Shown here piece by piece: positions 49,698 through 60,690 of a stretch of DNA of 64,000 nucleotides. The DNA lies in assembly GCA_963845755.1 (NCBI GenBank), contig CAWJTV010000031.1, forward strand, positions 160,001-224,000. The letters are read 5' to 3'. The DNA comes from an uncultured Planctomycetota bacterium. GTDB taxonomy: Bacteria; Planctomycetota; Planctomycetia; Isosphaerales; Isosphaeraceae. Positions within the stretch are counted from its first letter, which is position 1. Each line of letters opens with the position of its first letter. The notes beneath the pieces were generated by a model. The model did not search any database and had not been told where the DNA came from. It was given only the letters and a program-made list of their open reading frames with translations. The position numbers and the translations under genes are program-made.

Positions 49698-51863
49698 ATG
49701 GGATGTCGCCGACGGACGATCCGAACGGCCTGCCTGATCGCGGTCTGGATGATGCTCGATGCCTACGCGCAATCCGGTGAGCCCGATCCGGCCGCCGATT
49801 CGATCGCCAGGCGGGTCCAACCGATCTTGAGCCGCTGCACCGCATGCCACAGCGGCGACCTACCCGAGGGCGGGCTCGACTTGACCAGCCGCACCGCGGC
49901 CCTCCGCGGCGGAGAGTCCGGGAGTGTCCTCCAGCCCAACGACGCGACGAAGAGCCTCGTTTACCGGAAGGTCGCAGCCGGCAAGATGCCGCCCAAGAAT
50001 CCCCTTGATCGCGAGCAGGTCGCGCTGATTCGCGAATGGATCAATGCCGGGGCCACGTGGGCGGAGCCACTCCCGATCCCTGCGAAACCGTCAACCGAGG
50101 CCGGCCTCTGGGTGTTGCGACCGCTGGTCAGTCCCGAGGTGCCCAAGGTCCATTCGGCGTCCTGGTTGTCCGACCCGATTGATGCTTTCATCCTGGCCCG
50201 TCTCGAACTTAACGGCCTGTCCCCCGCCCCCCCGGCCGATCGGTTGACCTTGATCCGACGGGCGACGTTCGACTTGCTGGGACTCCCGCCGACACCCCGG
50301 GAGATCGACGCCTACCTCGCGGATCCTTCTCCGGCCGCCTACGAGAGCCTCATCGATCGCCTGCTCGCCTCGCCCCACTACGGCGAACGCTGGGGCCGCC
50401 ACTGGCTGGATGTGGCCCGATTCGCCGAAAGCAACGGATTCGAGCACGATCGCATCCGCGACCATTCCTGGCATTATCGCGACTACGTGATTCGAAGCCT
50501 CAATGCCGATCGTCCGTATCGCCAGTTCGTGCGCGAGCAGATCGCCGGCGACGTCCTCGATCCGGTGACCCGAGAAGGGATCATCGCGACGGGCTTCCTC
50601 GTGGCCGGGCCCTGGGACGAGGCGAACCAGCTTCAACAGAGCAGCACGATGAGGCAGAGGGCTCGCGAGGAGGAACTCGAGGACATGGTCGCGGCGGTCG
50701 GCCAGGTGTTCCTCGGGCTGACCGTCAATTGTGCCCGGTGTCATGACCACAAGTTCGACCCCGTGCCCCAGCGCGATTACTACCGGCTCAAGGCCGCGCT
50801 GGAGGGAGTCCTTCATGGCAGTCGACCGATCGCGCCGGGCGCCGATCCCAACGGATCTACGCCCCCGCTGGCCTATGCCGCCCGGCCGAATCGCACGCCG
50901 CCGCCCACGTTCCTCCTCAATCGCGGCGACGTCGAAAAGCCGGGCAGGCGGGTGGCCGCGGGCGGGCTGTCGGCAGTCGTGTACCCGACCGCGGACTTCG
51001 GTCTCGCCGACGATGCCCCGGAAGCGGAACGCCGGCGCAGGCTTGCCGACTGGCTCGCCCATCCCGCCAACCCGCTAACGGCCCGGGTCATCGTCAACCG
51101 GGTCTGGCATTACCACTTCGGGACCGGCCTCGTCGCCACGCCCAACGACTTCGGAAACAATGGCGACCGGCCCTCGCATCCCGAGCTTCTCGACTGGATG
51201 ACTTTCAATTTCCTCGCGGATGGGACACGCCTCAAGGCGTTGCATCGGCGAATCATGCTCTCCAGCACCTACCGCCAGGCGTCGCGGTTCGACGCCAGGG
51301 CCGTGGACATCGATGCCGACGATCGGCTACTGTGGCGCTATCCGAGCCGCCGGCTCGAGGCCGAAGCGATCCGCGACGCGATGCTCCGATCCAGCGGCGA
51401 GCTCAACACCCAGATGGACGGTCCCAGCTTCCGGCCGTTCAAACTGATCGTGTTCAACTCCAACTTCTACCAGCTCAACGACCCGATCGGTCCGGAGTAC
51501 AACCGGCGGACGGTCTACCGGATCAACATCAATTCGGCAAAAGACCCGCTGCTGGAAACGCTCGATTGTCCCGACCCGTCGGTCAAGACGCCCCGTCGTG
51601 CGGTGACAACCACACCCCTCCAGGCACTCGGCCTCATGAATGACTCGTTCGTCCTGAGGCAGGCACGTTGCCTGGCAGTTCGTGTCCAGGCCGAAGCCGG
51701 ATCCGACGTTGGCCGGCAGGTGGACCGTGCGTATCGGCTCACGATCGGAAGGCCGCCGAACGATTCCGAGGTCGAACGTGCCTCAGCACTGGTACGCGAG
51801 GCCGGGCTCGACAATCTGGCCTGGGTCCTTTTCAATGCGAGCGAGTTCTTGTATCTCAGATAG
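49698..51863 (+). CDS. Planctomycete cytochrome c / DUF1549 / DUF1553 (PSD1) protein
   Basis: CTACH haem motif, PIDAFI, YGERWGRHWLDVARF, CARCHDHKFDP, PSHPELLDW, PLQAL, FNASEFLY. Confidence 0.93.
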   Translation: MGCRRRTIRTACLIAVWMMLDAYAQSGEPDPAADSIARRVQPILSRCTACHSGDLPEGGLDLTSRTAALRGGESGSVLQPNDATKSLVYRKVAAGKMPPKNPLDREQVALIREWINAGATWAEPLPIPAKPSTEAGLWVLRPLVSPEVPKVHSASWLSDPIDAFILARLELNGLSPAPPADRLTLIRRATFDLLGLPPTPREIDAYLADPSPAAYESLIDRLLASPHYGERWGRHWLDVARFAESNGFEHDRIRDHSWHYRDYVIRSLNADRPYRQFVREQIAGDVLDPVTREGIIATGFLVAGPWDEANQLQQSSTMRQRAREEELEDMVAAVGQVFLGLTVNCARCHDHKFDPVPQRDYYRLKAALEGVLHGSRPIAPGADPNGSTPPLAYAARPNRTPPPTFLLNRGDVEKPGRRVAAGGLSAVVYPTADFGLADDAPEAERRRRLADWLAHPANPLTARVIVNRVWHYHFGTGLVATPNDFGNNGDRPSHPELLDWMTFNFLADGTRLKALHRRIMLSSTYRQASRFDARAVDIDADDRLLWRYPSRRLEAEAIRDAMLRSSGELNTQMDGPSFRPFKLIVFNSNFYQLNDPIGPEYNRRTVYRININSAKDPLLETLDCPDPSVKTPRRAVTTTPLQALGLMNDSFVLRQARCLAVRVQAEAGSDVGRQVDRAYRLTIGRPPNDSEVERASALVREAGLDNLAWVLFNASEFLYLR

Positions 51864-51909
51864 ATCGGGAACGCGCGGGCGCCGGCAGGCGAGAGGTCAC
51901 GAGAAGACG

Positions 51910-53338
51910 ATGGTCAACCACGTCGGCGGATTCGGTGGCTCGCCGCTGCTGCGAAGGCAATTCCTCCGCGATGCCGGCGCCGGGCTGGGCTCGGTCGCCC
52001 TGGCCTGGATGCTCGGCGAGGAGTCGGCGGCGGGTGGCCCGGTACGGTTTCATTTCCCGCCCCGTGCCCGTCGAGTCGTCCAGATCTTCGCCTGTGGCGG
52101 GGTCAGCCACACCGACACGTTCGACTACAAGCCCGAGGTGGCACGGCTGGATGGGCGGGAGCTGACCGGCAAGGGCAAAGTCGAGACCTTTTTCGGCAGG
52201 CCCGGCCGGCTGATGAAGAGCCCATTCCGATTCCGACGTCACGGCGAGAGTGGGCAATGGATCAGCAGCCTGCTCCCCCATCTGGCAGAGCGCGCGGATG
52301 ACCTCACCGTGATCCGTTCCATGGTGGCGAAGAGCTCGAACCACACGCCGGCGACGTTCCAGATGAACTCGGGCTTCACGATGAACGGCTTCCCCTGCCT
52401 GGGAGCCTGGCTCTCCTACGGTTTAGGCTCGGAGAACCAGGATCTGCCAACCTTCGTGGTCTTGCCCGATCCCCGCGGACTCCCGGCCGGAGGCTCGATC
52501 AACTGGACATCGGGATTCCTGTCGGCTACCCATCAAGGCGTCGCGTTCCGCACTTCGGGCGACCCGATCGTCAACCTGTTTCCGCCCGCCCAGGTGTCAC
52601 CAGGCCATCGGCAAACCAGCCTGGCTGTGCTGGAGGCCATGAATCGGGAGTTCCTCGAAGTCAATCCCGGCGACTCGGCACTCGCGGCGCAGGATCCGAT
52701 CCTACGAGCTGGCCGGGCGGATGCAGGCGAGCGTCCCCGAGGCGATCGAGTTCGAGGCCGAATCCCCGGCGATCCGGGCTCTCTACGGCCTGGACCGACC
52801 CGAGACCGCGGGCTTCGGCCGAAATTGTCTCCTGGCGCGCCGGCTGCTCGAGCGGGGCGTGCGATTCGTCCAGCTCTATCACGGCGGTGCCTTCGGTTCG
52901 CCCCGGATCAACTGGGACGCACACGAGAATCTCGTCGAGAACCACACCCAGCAGGCCGCGAGCCTGGACCGGCCAGTCGCTGCTCTGCTGAAGGATCTGA
53001 AGCAGCGGGGCATGCTCGAGGATACCCTCGTGATCTGGACGACCGAGTTTGGCCGGACGCCGTTCACCGAAGGGATCGGCGGCAAGGGGCGCGACCATCA
53101 TCAACTCGCCTTCACCTGCTGGTTGGCCGGCGCAGGGCTCAAGGCCGGTTATTCGCTCGGCTCCACCGACGAGGTCGGTTACCAGGTGGCCGAAGACCCG
53201 GTCTCCATCTACGACTTCCACGCCACCATCCTCCGCCTCCTCGGAATCGACCACAAGCGGCTCACGTTCTATCATAACGGCATCCAGCGGCGGCTGACCG
53301 ACGTCCACGGCGAGGTGATCACCAAGGTCCTGGCCTGA
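51910..53338 (+). CDS. DUF1501 family protein; frameshift near 52695
   Basis: RRQFL twin-Arg, GGVSHTDTFDYKP, ARRLLERGVRFVQ, WDAH, TEFGRTP, GRDH, RLTDVHG. Confidence 0.92.
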
Positions 53339-53465
53339 CTTTCCGCCCACGCGAATCGGTCCGGTTCGACTCCGAGCGGTTGTGTTCGATTTGGGTCCGT
53401 TCCATGGTCCGTCCAGAACTACGGCGAGTTCTGGGACGCCTCTAGAACTCCAAGGATTTTAGGAA

Positions 53466-53569
53466 CTCGTTCCCACGCTCCTGCGTGGGAATGCCGTCTT
53501 GGCCGCTCCGCGGCCCCGGCGACGCGGAGCGTCGCACCCGGACGTTCCCACGCAGAGCATGGGAACGAG
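53466..53569. repeat. REP/REPIN-like palindromic element
   Basis: ctcgttcccacgctcctgcgtgggaatg ... gttcccacgcagagcatgggaacgag: two internally palindromic units in inverted orientation. Confidence 0.75.
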
Positions 53570-53848
53570 GATCCCGATGGTGTGAGGACGAGGCCTTCCT
53601 TCCTGAGCCCGGTTCCGTTGCTACAGTCTCGAATTTTCCTGAAATTTTTCCTTGCAGTTCGTGAGATTTTGGTTTATGCCTTTCCCTTGCCCGTCGATTG
53701 GCGGTATCTGCACGGAATCGAATGTCAACGATGTTGAGTTCCCGGTTCCGTCCCAGTCGAACGTCTGCATACCGGCCTGTGGCATCCGACGAGTCGAGGC
53801 TCGTCATTGCTGCGTGTTGTCCGAACTTCTACCTCAAGGGAGTGCATC

Positions 53849-54568
53849 ATGGTAGGTACCGGTCGTCAACGATTGGTCGTCGTGAGCCTCGCAGTCGCCA
53901 CTCTCATGCTGTCTTCGAGCGCAACGCCGCAGTCGTTCGCCGGCAGCAACTTCTCATTCACGGGAAGTTTCAACGTTGACGATGATGTTCAGTTATTTAC
54001 ATTCAATCTCGCGTCGGCGGACTCGGTGACCATGGAAACCTGGTCTTACGCCGGCGGTACCAATGCCGCGGGCCAGGTCATCTCGGCCGGCGGATTCGAT
54101 CCCATCGTGACGCTCTTCAGCGCGAACGGGACGTTCATCGATTCCAACGACGATGGCATGGGTGTTGCGTCGGATCCGACGACAGGAGCGGCTTTCGACG
54201 CGCTGTTGACGGATTCACTCAGTGCCGGAAAGTATATCGTCGCCCTCACTCAGTTCGATAACTTCGCCAATGCGGACACCAATTATCTGGGTGCCCCTCC
54301 CGGAGGCAACTTGTCCGATGGCTTTTTCGAAGCCGGAAACCCGAATTTCACCCTGGATTTTGCGCCGAACGGGGCGACCGGGTATTTCTGGGATGTCACC
54401 CAGGCTGAGCGGACGGGCAATTGGGCCCTGGACATCGATAACGTCGCGTCAGCAAGCATCGGCGGTGCCTCCGTTCCTGAACCCTCGGGACTGGTCCTGG
54501 TCGGATCGGCTGGTCTGACGCTTCTGGGTCTTCTCGGGTTCCGCCGCGGGCAACGATCCGCGGCTTGA
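53849..54568 (+). CDS. PEP-CTERM protein (DVUA0089-like domain)
   Basis: Signal peptide; DDDVQLF, TWSYAGGTNAAG, GGFDPIVTLF, NDDG; C-terminal VPEPSGLVLVGSAGLTLLGLLGFRR. Confidence 0.9.
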   Translation: MVGTGRQRLVVVSLAVATLMLSSSATPQSFAGSNFSFTGSFNVDDDVQLFTFNLASADSVTMETWSYAGGTNAAGQVISAGGFDPIVTLFSANGTFIDSNDDGMGVASDPTTGAAFDALLTDSLSAGKYIVALTQFDNFANADTNYLGAPPGGNLSDGFFEAGNPNFTLDFAPNGATGYFWDVTQAERTGNWALDIDNVASASIGGASVPEPSGLVLVGSAGLTLLGLLGFRRGQRSAA

Positions 54569-55660
54569 AGCCAACGCGGACGCGCTCGATCTCCCAGCGC
54601 GAGACAACCCAGCCTTCTTCATCCGCGTGGGTCGCCACGTCGCTGGCGACAGTGGTGACCCACGCGCGGACAGTCGATGCCAACACCCCCCCTGAGTGGC
54701 CCTCTCTTTCCCACATCCTGATTCGAGGACCGTGACACGAATCCCCAGGCAGAAGACCTGTCCGATCGGTTGCACTACGGAAAATTCGAGTGTTCTCGCC
54801 CGAGATCACCGGTGGCCGTGCCCGTCACACCGGCCGTTTTTGGGCGCAGGCCTCGAGGGGCCATCGGGGCCGATCACCTCGCCGTCCGCCCCTTTCCCGC
54901 CCCACGACCCGGCGCAATCCACAGCACTTTTTTTTTGGAAAAAATCTGGATCTCCCTCTCCTGTCGAGAGTTCGGGCGCGAAAAATCGTCATTTCTGGCA
55001 TAGGTGCATTAACGAAATTCCAAAGTTGAGGCATCCTGATAGTAGAGGGTTCATCAAAGGACTCGCACGATCCGTTCCCCGTTGCGTCCCAGGCGTCATC
55101 ACAACTCATGTCAGATCCCGGAACTCGTCGCCCTCGGCCGTCGGCCGGTCGCCGGAGCCGACCGGACCGACCCAGCAAGCACTGGTCCCGAACTCATTTC
55201 AGGCCAACAAGATCGGGGATGGGGACCTTCCCGATTTGTAACATCGTGTGCCACGTTGTGCCACGATCGGCGCCGTCCGGCGGCGGTCCCACCTTCCCCC
55301 TGACGTCCTCGGGATCGCCGCGGATACTCGGGATTTTGGGAGCCAACCCGGAGACGCCTGGGCCCAATGTGCCCGCGGCACGGATGAGGGGCCGAACCGG
55401 GACTCCCGCAATCACTCCGGATCCCTACGGTGGTCTTGAGCGAGCCGTGTCGAAAAATCCTTCTGGCCGCTTCCACGACAACATTACGACCAACTAGGAT
55501 AGGTCGTGTAGGACTTCGGAGTCGGCGGTCGCCTTCGCGGTCCACCCGGCGGAGTTGGCGCGACCCGTCGCGACGAATGGGACCCGGCTCGGATCGAGCA
55601 GCAGGCGTTCGGATCGGTTCTCGGATGTCACCAAAGATCGCCACCGTATCTGGTGATCGG

Positions 55661-57160
55661 ATGTCGAGGAGTTCACTCCGGTCGACGCGGCGTACGCGTT
55701 TCGTGCTGGAACCGCTCGAGTCCCGCCTTCTCATGGCGAATTACGTTCCGCCCTCTCTATCGGGACAATTCGTTGTCCCGCTGGATCTGATCGTCACGGT
55801 CTCGGTGGCACCGGTCTCGGTCCCGGTCAACTATGGTGATGGGCCCGTCCCCGCGTCCGCCTCGTCGACGGGCGACAACCAGCCGATTGAGATTGCCCCG
55901 ACGGGAAGCGGGCTCGCGATCTCTTCGGCCCCCACATCCATAAATGGATCGCGGCTCACTGTGAGTTTGGTGACGCTCCCGGTCGGGGCCGCGGAGTCGG
56001 CGAGCATCGGTTCGGGGGCCCAAACCGATATTTTTCCTCTCGGAACCGCCCTCCTCGAAGCGTCGGGATCGCTTTCGCATGACGTCGTCGTGGGGATCCC
56101 CGTCCGAGGGTCGACGACCACGAGCCCGTCCGCGGAGGACATCAGCTATTTTCTCGAGATCGATTTCGACCCTTCTTCGGCAGTACCGCTCTCGGGCGAG
56201 GTGAACTCCGATATCCTTCAGATCGACCTCAGCACTTCGATGCTGCTCAACCCGAGCGGCAGCGCAGCGCTGGTGCCGGCCGTTAGTTTCTCCGAAGATT
56301 CCGGCTCGACCGGCTCAACCTCTCTGGTCGCGACTCAGTCGGGTGGGTCCCCCTCATTGGCACAATTCCCGGCTTCAACCCACGAGACCGACGTGACATC
56401 GCCGACCACCCCAGGTGGACACAGCGCCCCAGGCGTCTCGATCACCGTAACGACGATCAGCATGGGTCCCCTACCCACAAGCCCGTACCAGCCGGCCGGC
56501 GGGATATTCTCGGATGGTATAACCACGCCCGGGATTGGTCGGAGCGAGGAGACGTGGATCGAAGCGTCCCGGGTTCTCCGCCCGTCCAACGGAGGGACTC
56601 CATCGCTACGGGACGAGTGGTCAACCGATCCGGAGGTGGAAATCCTGGCTTCGGTTCTTGCTGTCGCTGGCATCGTCTCAACTCGCGATGACGACCTGCC
56701 TGTGGAACCGCCGACATCAAACGGGGCGCGACCGATCCTTCATCAGCCGGGACTTTTCCTCGAGGCCGCATCTTGTCCGACGGGGCGCGAAAACGGGATG
56801 GCGGACCTCCAATCCCTCGGACACTCCGCCGCTTTGCACGATCCTCCCGCCGATGACGTCTCGGGTTCAGGCGTCTTCTGGGCCTCCGCAGCAACTCTGC
56901 CTCCGATCGACCGGTACGACGCAACCACGATCGCCAGCCCCGCAGGGCGCCTGGAGAATGCCGGTGACGATGAGACGGCGCCGGCATCGCCGGGCGGGCG
57001 GGTCGTGGCGATCCTGTTGGGCCTGAGTGGATCGACCGCTCTAGGCGTGGCCCTGTACGCGCCGGACCTCCTCGCGGCGATGGGCTTGAATGAGCCCCGA
57101 CTCGCAACGAGACGGCGGCCTCGTCAGGCTTCGAACCGGATCGTTCGGGTTCCTGAATAG
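55661..57160 (+). CDS. Ser/Thr/Pro-rich planctomycete extracellular protein with a C-terminal TM segment
   Basis: RR.RFVLEPLESRLLMA motif; low-complexity middle; VVAILLGLSGSTALGVALYAPDL followed by a basic tail. Confidence 0.65.
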   Translation: MSRSSLRSTRRTRFVLEPLESRLLMANYVPPSLSGQFVVPLDLIVTVSVAPVSVPVNYGDGPVPASASSTGDNQPIEIAPTGSGLAISSAPTSINGSRLTVSLVTLPVGAAESASIGSGAQTDIFPLGTALLEASGSLSHDVVVGIPVRGSTTTSPSAEDISYFLEIDFDPSSAVPLSGEVNSDILQIDLSTSMLLNPSGSAALVPAVSFSEDSGSTGSTSLVATQSGGSPSLAQFPASTHETDVTSPTTPGGHSAPGVSITVTTISMGPLPTSPYQPAGGIFSDGITTPGIGRSEETWIEASRVLRPSNGGTPSLRDEWSTDPEVEILASVLAVAGIVSTRDDDLPVEPPTSNGARPILHQPGLFLEAASCPTGRENGMADLQSLGHSAALHDPPADDVSGSGVFWASAATLPPIDRYDATTIASPAGRLENAGDDETAPASPGGRVVAILLGLSGSTALGVALYAPDLLAAMGLNEPRLATRRRPRQASNRIVRVPE

Positions 57161-57466
57161 CGTTCCACGGAGAAAGAGCCGGAATTCCCCGGAGGGGTGA
57201 GCCTCGGTGCGAGCCCGCATCGAGAAGAGGTGGGAGGGAACCTCGCCCTCTCGAATGCCGATCTGCCTTTCCGTGGAGCGGTCCTGAGTCCTATGCGACG
57301 CCTGGTGGTGGATTTGTTAGAATCACGCAAGGATTCTTGGCCGGTATCACGCCCGCTTGACGACAGAGAGAGAGTCGGGGCGCAGACGTTCGCAACTCTG
57401 GACGATCTCGGTCGCGTCTCTTCGGATGCAACATGGGCCTACGATCATTGCAAAAGGCGTGTATCT

Positions 57467-59927
57467 ATGAAATCCCCGCTGAGATCTAGGAATGATCGCC
57501 AGCCCGTTTGGTCTGTGCGGAGCCACCGGCCGTCTCGAAGGCTGTGCTTCGCCGGGGCCGTTCTTCCCGAAGGGCTCGAGGCGCGGCGTCTTCTCAGTGC
57601 GATCGTCGTGGCCAACACGCACGACAGCGGCCGGGGATCGTTACGGTCGGCGGTTGCGGCGGCGCACGATGGCCAGACCATCCGGTTTGCAAGCCAGCTC
57701 AGTGGCCAGACGATCTCCCTCCACTCGGCCATCGACATCGCGAAGAACCTCACGATCGCCGGCCCGGTGGATGGCGGGGTGATGCTGAGCGGCGGGGGTA
57801 AGACGCGCGTCCTGGAGATCGATGGCGGAACGGTCCATCTTGCCCACCTGGTGATCGAGCGGGGAGCCGCGGCGAGTGGGGGTGGAATCCTGGATAACGG
57901 CGGCACGCTGACCATCCGCGACAGCCGGCTCACGGCGAATGTCGCCTATGGGAGTGCCACGACGATCAGCCAGGGCGGAGCGGTCGCCCAGGAGGGAGGA
58001 ACGACGACGCTGGTCCGCGATATCCTCACCGGTAATCGCGCGGTGGGGAATCCTCAAAGCCCCGTCATCTACCCGCCGCCGAGTCATCTGCCAGGAGGAG
58101 GTATCGAGCCCGTGGGCCTTGTCGTCGTGCCCGATGCCGTCCTCACCCTCAGCCCGATCGTCTACGCCGGTGAGGCGGACGGAGGCGCCGTCTCCGACTT
58201 GGGCGGGGAACTGAGCATGCGGGACTGTCGAATTACAGGCAATCGCGCCACAGGTGTGGCGCCGACCGCTTCGTACGGCGGTGATGCCTCTGGGGGCGCG
58301 GTGTACGTGAGCAACGGCCAGCTCCGGAGCAATCGGAGCACCTTCGAGAAGGATCGAGTTGTCGGCGGTGACGTCGTGAACACCACAGCGGCGCCCGCCA
58401 ACTCGACTGCTGCCGGTTCGGCGAGTGGCGGAGCCATCGCCGTTCAATCGTCATTCGTGATGCTCAAGAATACGACGATCCAGCATGATGTCGCCCAGGG
58501 AGGACAGGGGCAGAGCCTCGAGGGCACCGCCGGCAGCTTTGGAGGCGGGGCAGGGGGAGGAGGCGTATCGGTCACGAACAGCTCCGATCTCGCGGTGATC
58601 GGGGGGACCGTCACGAGGGATGAAGCCCTGGGGGGCGAAGGATCCCCCGCCACCTATCCCAATCCGAGGGAGGGTGATGAAGTTCCGGGCGGAGGCCGCG
58701 CATTTGGAGGGGGCATCGAGAGTGACATTTCCAACGTCACACTCTCTGGAGCAGCGCTCTCGCACGACACCGCTCACGGAGGTGACGCTCCCGATCCCTC
58801 CGGCTCCGGTTTCGATTATCTCGCCGGCGATGCCGGGGGCGGGGCCCTCGATTTCGGTGGGTTCGGCACGCAATATGGGAATCTCTCGGTGGATCGGACC
58901 AAGCTCCGCGACAACTCGGCCAGCGGCGGTGATGCCGAGCGGCCGGGCGATGCGTCGGGAGGGGCATTGTCGATCGAGGAGGCGCAATCCGTGGCGATCA
59001 CCGATGGTCTTCTCAAGGGCAATCGCGCAGCCAACGGTCTCGGGCTATAATCCCACCATCGAATTGAATAGTGATGTCAACAATCTGTCGAGCGGCTCGG
59101 TTTATGCCGGAGCGGTCTATGTGTCGTTCATCGTCGGCCGGTTCGACGTGACGAATTCCCGCGTCGTCGGAAACCAGGCGGTCGCCGCGGGAAATGCCAC
59201 CGCCTCCGGCGGCGGCCTTTACCTGAACGACGTTCAAGTCAACCTGACGAGCGATCGATTCAAGTCCAACAAGGCGGTCGGCGGCCCCATCGTCTCGGAG
59301 GAGTCCAGCTCGTCGTGGGGGCAGGCGAGTGGAGGGGCAATTAGTCTGAGCCTCGCGAATGCGACCGTCGCGAACAGCCAGTTCCGCAACAACATTGCCA
59401 GGACCCAGAATGTCGATCGGCAGTATGCACCAGCCGATGCTGTGATCGCCGGTCAGGGCGGTGCGATCGCGAATCTCGATGGCACGATATCGATCGCCGG
59501 TGGATCCTTCGTCAACAATCAGGCGATCGGCAGTACGGCTGAAAACGGATCTTCGGACATCGGCGGCTGGGGAGGTGCCCTTTATAGCTTGGGCTTCCCC
59601 CCGGACTACGTCACGCCCTTATACCCATCCCAGGAACCTCCAACGCCGTCCAGTTTCCTGACTGCGACCGGGGTGACCTTTCGCAAGAATAAGGCCGTGG
59701 GCGGCGGCGATGGCCAGGGAGGTGCGATCTTCAACGACCAGTACAGCGAGCTCGCGTTGACGGCCAGCAAGGTGGTCGCGAACCAGGCCCTCGCGGGCCC
59801 CAATGGCTCCGGACAAGGTGGGGGATTGTATCTCGCCCCCATCTCGACGAACGTTCTCCAATCGAATCAGATCGTCCGCAACCGGGCGACGACGACCGGC
59901 TCCCAGATTGAGCAAGTGGGAACATGA
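57467..59927 (+). CDS. Planctomycete extracellular GGA(I/V)-repeat beta-helix protein; frameshift near 59045
   Basis: EGLEARRLLSA motif, DSGRGSLRSAV, many GGA(I/V/L) and N.A.GG repeats. Confidence 0.8.
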
Positions 59928-60064
59928 GCGAGTGCGGCGGGCCGCACTCCCGGCGGACATTCGTTCGTCTCTTTCGCTCGAAGAAGATAACATGCTCTCT
60001 GGGGCAGTTGGAACCGCCGAGCGATCAAAGCGGTCAAGGCCGCGAGCACCAGGGGGAGGCGCCG

Positions 60065-60686
60065 ATGACCGCGGGCGATCCGCCGCACAACCCGAGCCCG
60101 AGCCCGGGAAGCCCGATTCGAGCGTTCCTGGACCGCATCCGGGCCGGCGACGAAGAGGCGGCGCGCGAGCTGCTCGCCCGGTACGAGGCGCAGGTCCGCC
60201 TGGTAGTACGTTGAACAACTTCCCAGGCTGCTGCGGTCCCGGTTCGACTCGCTGGACTTTCTTCAGAGCGTCTGGGCGAGCTTCTTCCTGCGATTGCGAG
60301 CCGGTCCCGAGCAGTTCGAGGACCCGCGTTACCTCGTCACATTTCTCGCCCAGGTGGCGAAGAACAAGGTCGTGGACCAGTACCGTCGTGCCGTCAGCCA
60401 AAAACAGGACATGCGGCGTGAGGAACCGCTTTCCTCTGGAGGGTTATCTAGCCGGGAGTTCATCACCGATCAGGATTCCCCCAGCGAACTCGCCGAGGCC
60501 AACGAGGCTTTCGGCCGGCTCCGGGACCTGCTCCCCGCCGACTGTCGCGAGATCCTGGCCTTGAAGGTCGATGGCCTTTCCAGCCGCGAGATCGGCCAAC
60601 GGCTCGGGCTCAGCGAGCGGACGGTCCGTCGCCTTCTAGAGGATCTAAGACGGAAAGCGGCGTCCTCGGACAAGGCGGAGGAATGA
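60065..60686 (+). CDS. ECF sigma-70 factor; frameshift/stop near 60212
   Basis: LDRIRAGDEEAARELLARYE..VRLVVR / QLPRLLRSRFDSLDFLQSVWASFF...KNKVVDQYR...GLSSREIGQRLGLSERTVRR; GGAGG RBS. Confidence 0.85.
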
Positions 60687-60690
60687 GCCG

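Noticed and set aside
53466..53569. Palindromic repeats as a CRISPR array or IS end
   Set aside because: Only two inverted units, with no spacers, cas genes or transposase; fits a REP element.
54570..55660. 1.1-kb intergenic region with ttttttttggaaaaaa dyad
   Set aside because: Probably promoter or terminator DNA, but no specific element or credible ORF could be supported.
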